DNA of 27,658 bases from an uncultured Thermococci archaeon (GTDB lineage Archaea; Methanobacteriota_B; Thermococci; Thermococcales; Thermococcaceae): the NCBI GenBank assembly GCA_964487115.1, contig CAZAPD010000014.1:1-27658 (forward strand), written 5' to 3'. The translations under genes and the position numbers were made by a program. Numbering within the stretch: position 1 is the stretch's first letter; each line of letters begins with the position of its first letter. The notes under the pieces were generated by a model. That model worked only from the letters and a program-made list of their open reading frames with translations, made no database searches and was not told the origin of the DNA. Shown here piece by piece: positions 26,030 through 27,658 of this stretch.

Positions 26030-27304
26030 ATGTATGAAGAATACCGGAACAGGGTTCTTGGTTTTGTTGAGGAGCACGAAAAATGGCGGAGTTCAACCAT
26101 AAACCTGATTGCAAGTGAGAACATAACTTCTCCAACCGTAACAAGGGCCGTAGCAAGTGGTTTTATGCACAAATACGCTGAGGGCTGGCCAAAGCAGAGG
26201 TACTATCAGGGATGCAAGTACGTTGATGAGGTTGAACTCATTGGCATCGACCTCTTCTGCAAGCTTTTTAAGAGTGATTTTGCTGACTTAAGACCAATTT
26301 CTGGAACAAATGCCAACCAGGCTGCCTTCTTCGGCCTTACCCAGCCCGGAGACAAAGCCATTGTTCTTCACACCTCCCATGGTGGGCATATAAGCCACAT
26401 GCCTTTCGGTGCTGCGGGAATGCGCGGTCTGGAAGTTTTCACATGGCCATTTGACAATGAAGCCTTTAATATTGATGTCGACAAAGCTGCCCAGCTCATA
26501 AGGGAGAAAGAACCAAAGATTATTGTCTTCGGTGGTTCTCTCTTCCCGTTCCCGCACCCAGTTAAAGAGCTTGCTCCAGTTGCAAAGGAGGTTGGAGCCT
26601 ACGTTATGTATGATGCTGCCCACGTCCTTGGCCTCATTGCCGGAGGTCAGTTCCAAGACCCGCTTAGAGAAGGAGCAGATCTCATAACATCATCAACCCA
26701 CAAGACATTCCCAGGACCACAGGGTGGCGTGATCCTCTACAAGAACTTCGGGGATGATGTTGCCAAGCTTCAATGGGCAATATTCCCCGGTGTGCTGAGC
26801 AACCACCACCTCCACCATATGGCTGGTAAAGCATTGACAGCTGCTGAGATGCTCGAATTTGGTGAGAAATATGCTGCTCAGATTGTCAAAAACGCAAAGG
26901 CTTTGGCTGAGGCCATGGCCGAAGAAGGATTCAAAGTTATTGGCGAGGATCAGGGATACACAAAGAGCCATCAGGTTGTGGTTGATGTTAGCGAGCTCCA
27001 TGAAGCTGGTGGAGGATGGGCGGCTCCGCTCCTCGAAGAAGCTGGGATAATCCTCAACAAGAACCTCCTGCCCTGGGACCCGCTTGAGAAGGTCAATACT
27101 CCAAGTGGATTGAGAATCGGTGTTCAGGAGATGACGAGAGTTGGAATGATGGAGGACGACATGAAGGAAATAGCCCACTTCATGAAGCGCGTTCTGATTG
27201 ACAAAGAAGATCCGAAGAAGGTCGAGAAAGACGTGTTCTACTTCAGAAGGCAGTTCCAGAAGGTCTACTACTCCTTCGATTACGGTCTGCCAATGAAGGA
27301 GTGA
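26030..27304 (+). CDS. glyA: Serine hydroxymethyltransferase
   Basis: LIASEN, KYAEGWPKQRYYQGC, HGGHISH, DAAH, SSTHKTFPGPQGG (PLP lysine), NKNLLPWD and SGLRIG; GAGGTGA RBS. Confidence 0.97.
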   Translation: MYEEYRNRVLGFVEEHEKWRSSTINLIASENITSPTVTRAVASGFMHKYAEGWPKQRYYQGCKYVDEVELIGIDLFCKLFKSDFADLRPISGTNANQAAFFGLTQPGDKAIVLHTSHGGHISHMPFGAAGMRGLEVFTWPFDNEAFNIDVDKAAQLIREKEPKIIVFGGSLFPFPHPVKELAPVAKEVGAYVMYDAAHVLGLIAGGQFQDPLREGADLITSSTHKTFPGPQGGVILYKNFGDDVAKLQWAIFPGVLSNHHLHHMAGKALTAAEMLEFGEKYAAQIVKNAKALAEAMAEEGFKVIGEDQGYTKSHQVVVDVSELHEAGGGWAAPLLEEAGIILNKNLLPWDPLEKVNTPSGLRIGVQEMTRVGMMEDDMKEIAHFMKRVLIDKEDPKKVEKDVFYFRRQFQKVYYSFDYGLPMKE

Positions 27305-27332
27305 TTTCTATTTTCATTTTTCTTCCTTTTCC
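27305..27332 (+). terminator. Oligo-T terminator after glyA
   Basis: tttctattttcatttttcttccttttcc immediately after the stop codon. Confidence 0.55.
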
Positions 27333-27519
27333 ATCATTTTGTTACAAATTCCCGTATGGGGATGCACCATTGAAGATTCAACCTCCTTCTCAGAGGGTAT
27401 AATTTTCGCTGATGGAATATTCCTGATGCTTGGAGGAACGTGAAACTTTTCTGAAGGCTACAGTTACTACTAAGCCACTCAATACATCACTCAACCTCTG
27501 CCAGATATATAATGGTAGC

Positions 27520-27532
27520 AAAACTTTTTATC
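27520..27532 (+). promoter_or_regulatory. BRE/TATA promoter of tfs
   Basis: AAAACTTTTTATC about 43 bp upstream of ATG 27575. Confidence 0.55.
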
Positions 27533-27574
27533 CCCTTGCAACATACCCTTCCCTCGGCTAAAGGGGTGAGAAAA

Positions 27575-27658
27575 ATGGTCAAGTTCTGTCCCAAATGTGG
27601 AAGCATCATGCTCCCTGACAGGAAAAGAAAAGTCTTCGTGTGCAGGAGCTGCGGCTAT
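27575..27658 (+). CDS. tfs: Transcription factor S (TFS), 3'-truncated by the window edge
   Basis: GGGGTGA RBS, then MVKFCPKCGSIMLPDRKRKVFVCRSCGY, the N-terminal zinc ribbon of archaeal TFS/RpoM. Confidence 0.9.
   Translation, partial: MVKFCPKCGSIMLPDRKRKVFVCRSCGY

Noticed and set aside
27333..27515. Spacer between glyA and tfs as a possible sRNA or small gene
   Set aside because: No C/D box pair, tRNA fold or GC-rich stem is visible, and the short frames lack a convincing start and RBS.

Overview
Archaeal chromosomal window, almost certainly Thermococcales (probably Thermococcus), judged from BRE/TATA promoters, GGTGA/GGAGG ribosome-binding sites, oligo-T terminators and the glyA, tfs, cobB, TIGR02253-type HAD and ASCH genes. 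I found no rRNA, tRNA, CRISPR array or intact transposase. From left to right: (1) the end of a helical protein gene plus an SPFH/band-7 protein with C-terminal zinc ribbons; (2) a decayed patch containing a 28-codon ORF that looks like an internally deleted gene overlapping a 72-aa gene, a multiply frameshifted unknown gene and a frameshifted M42 peptidase; (3) a four-gene minus-strand cluster encoding mostly exported proteins, including a ~900-aa protein with about 15 DxDGDG Ca2+-binding repeats and two lipoproteins; (4) an ArsR-led operon with a tandem palindromic operator candidate, a membrane protein, two DUF4097/Toastrack-like proteins and two paralogous MFS exporters, resembling an envelope-stress module; (5) a PduO-type adenosyltransferase and a DNRLRE/CARDB/DUF4350-like surface protein; (6) a P3A-type H+-efflux P-type ATPase behind a long AT-rich region with a 26-bp palindrome; (7) core genes (PAP2, ASCH, HAD, DUF3783-like, CobB, amino-acid permease, GlyA, start of TFS). 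GC content is strongly mosaic. Several single-base indels could be real decay or assembly error. All family assignments come from reading motifs by eye; no database searches were run.
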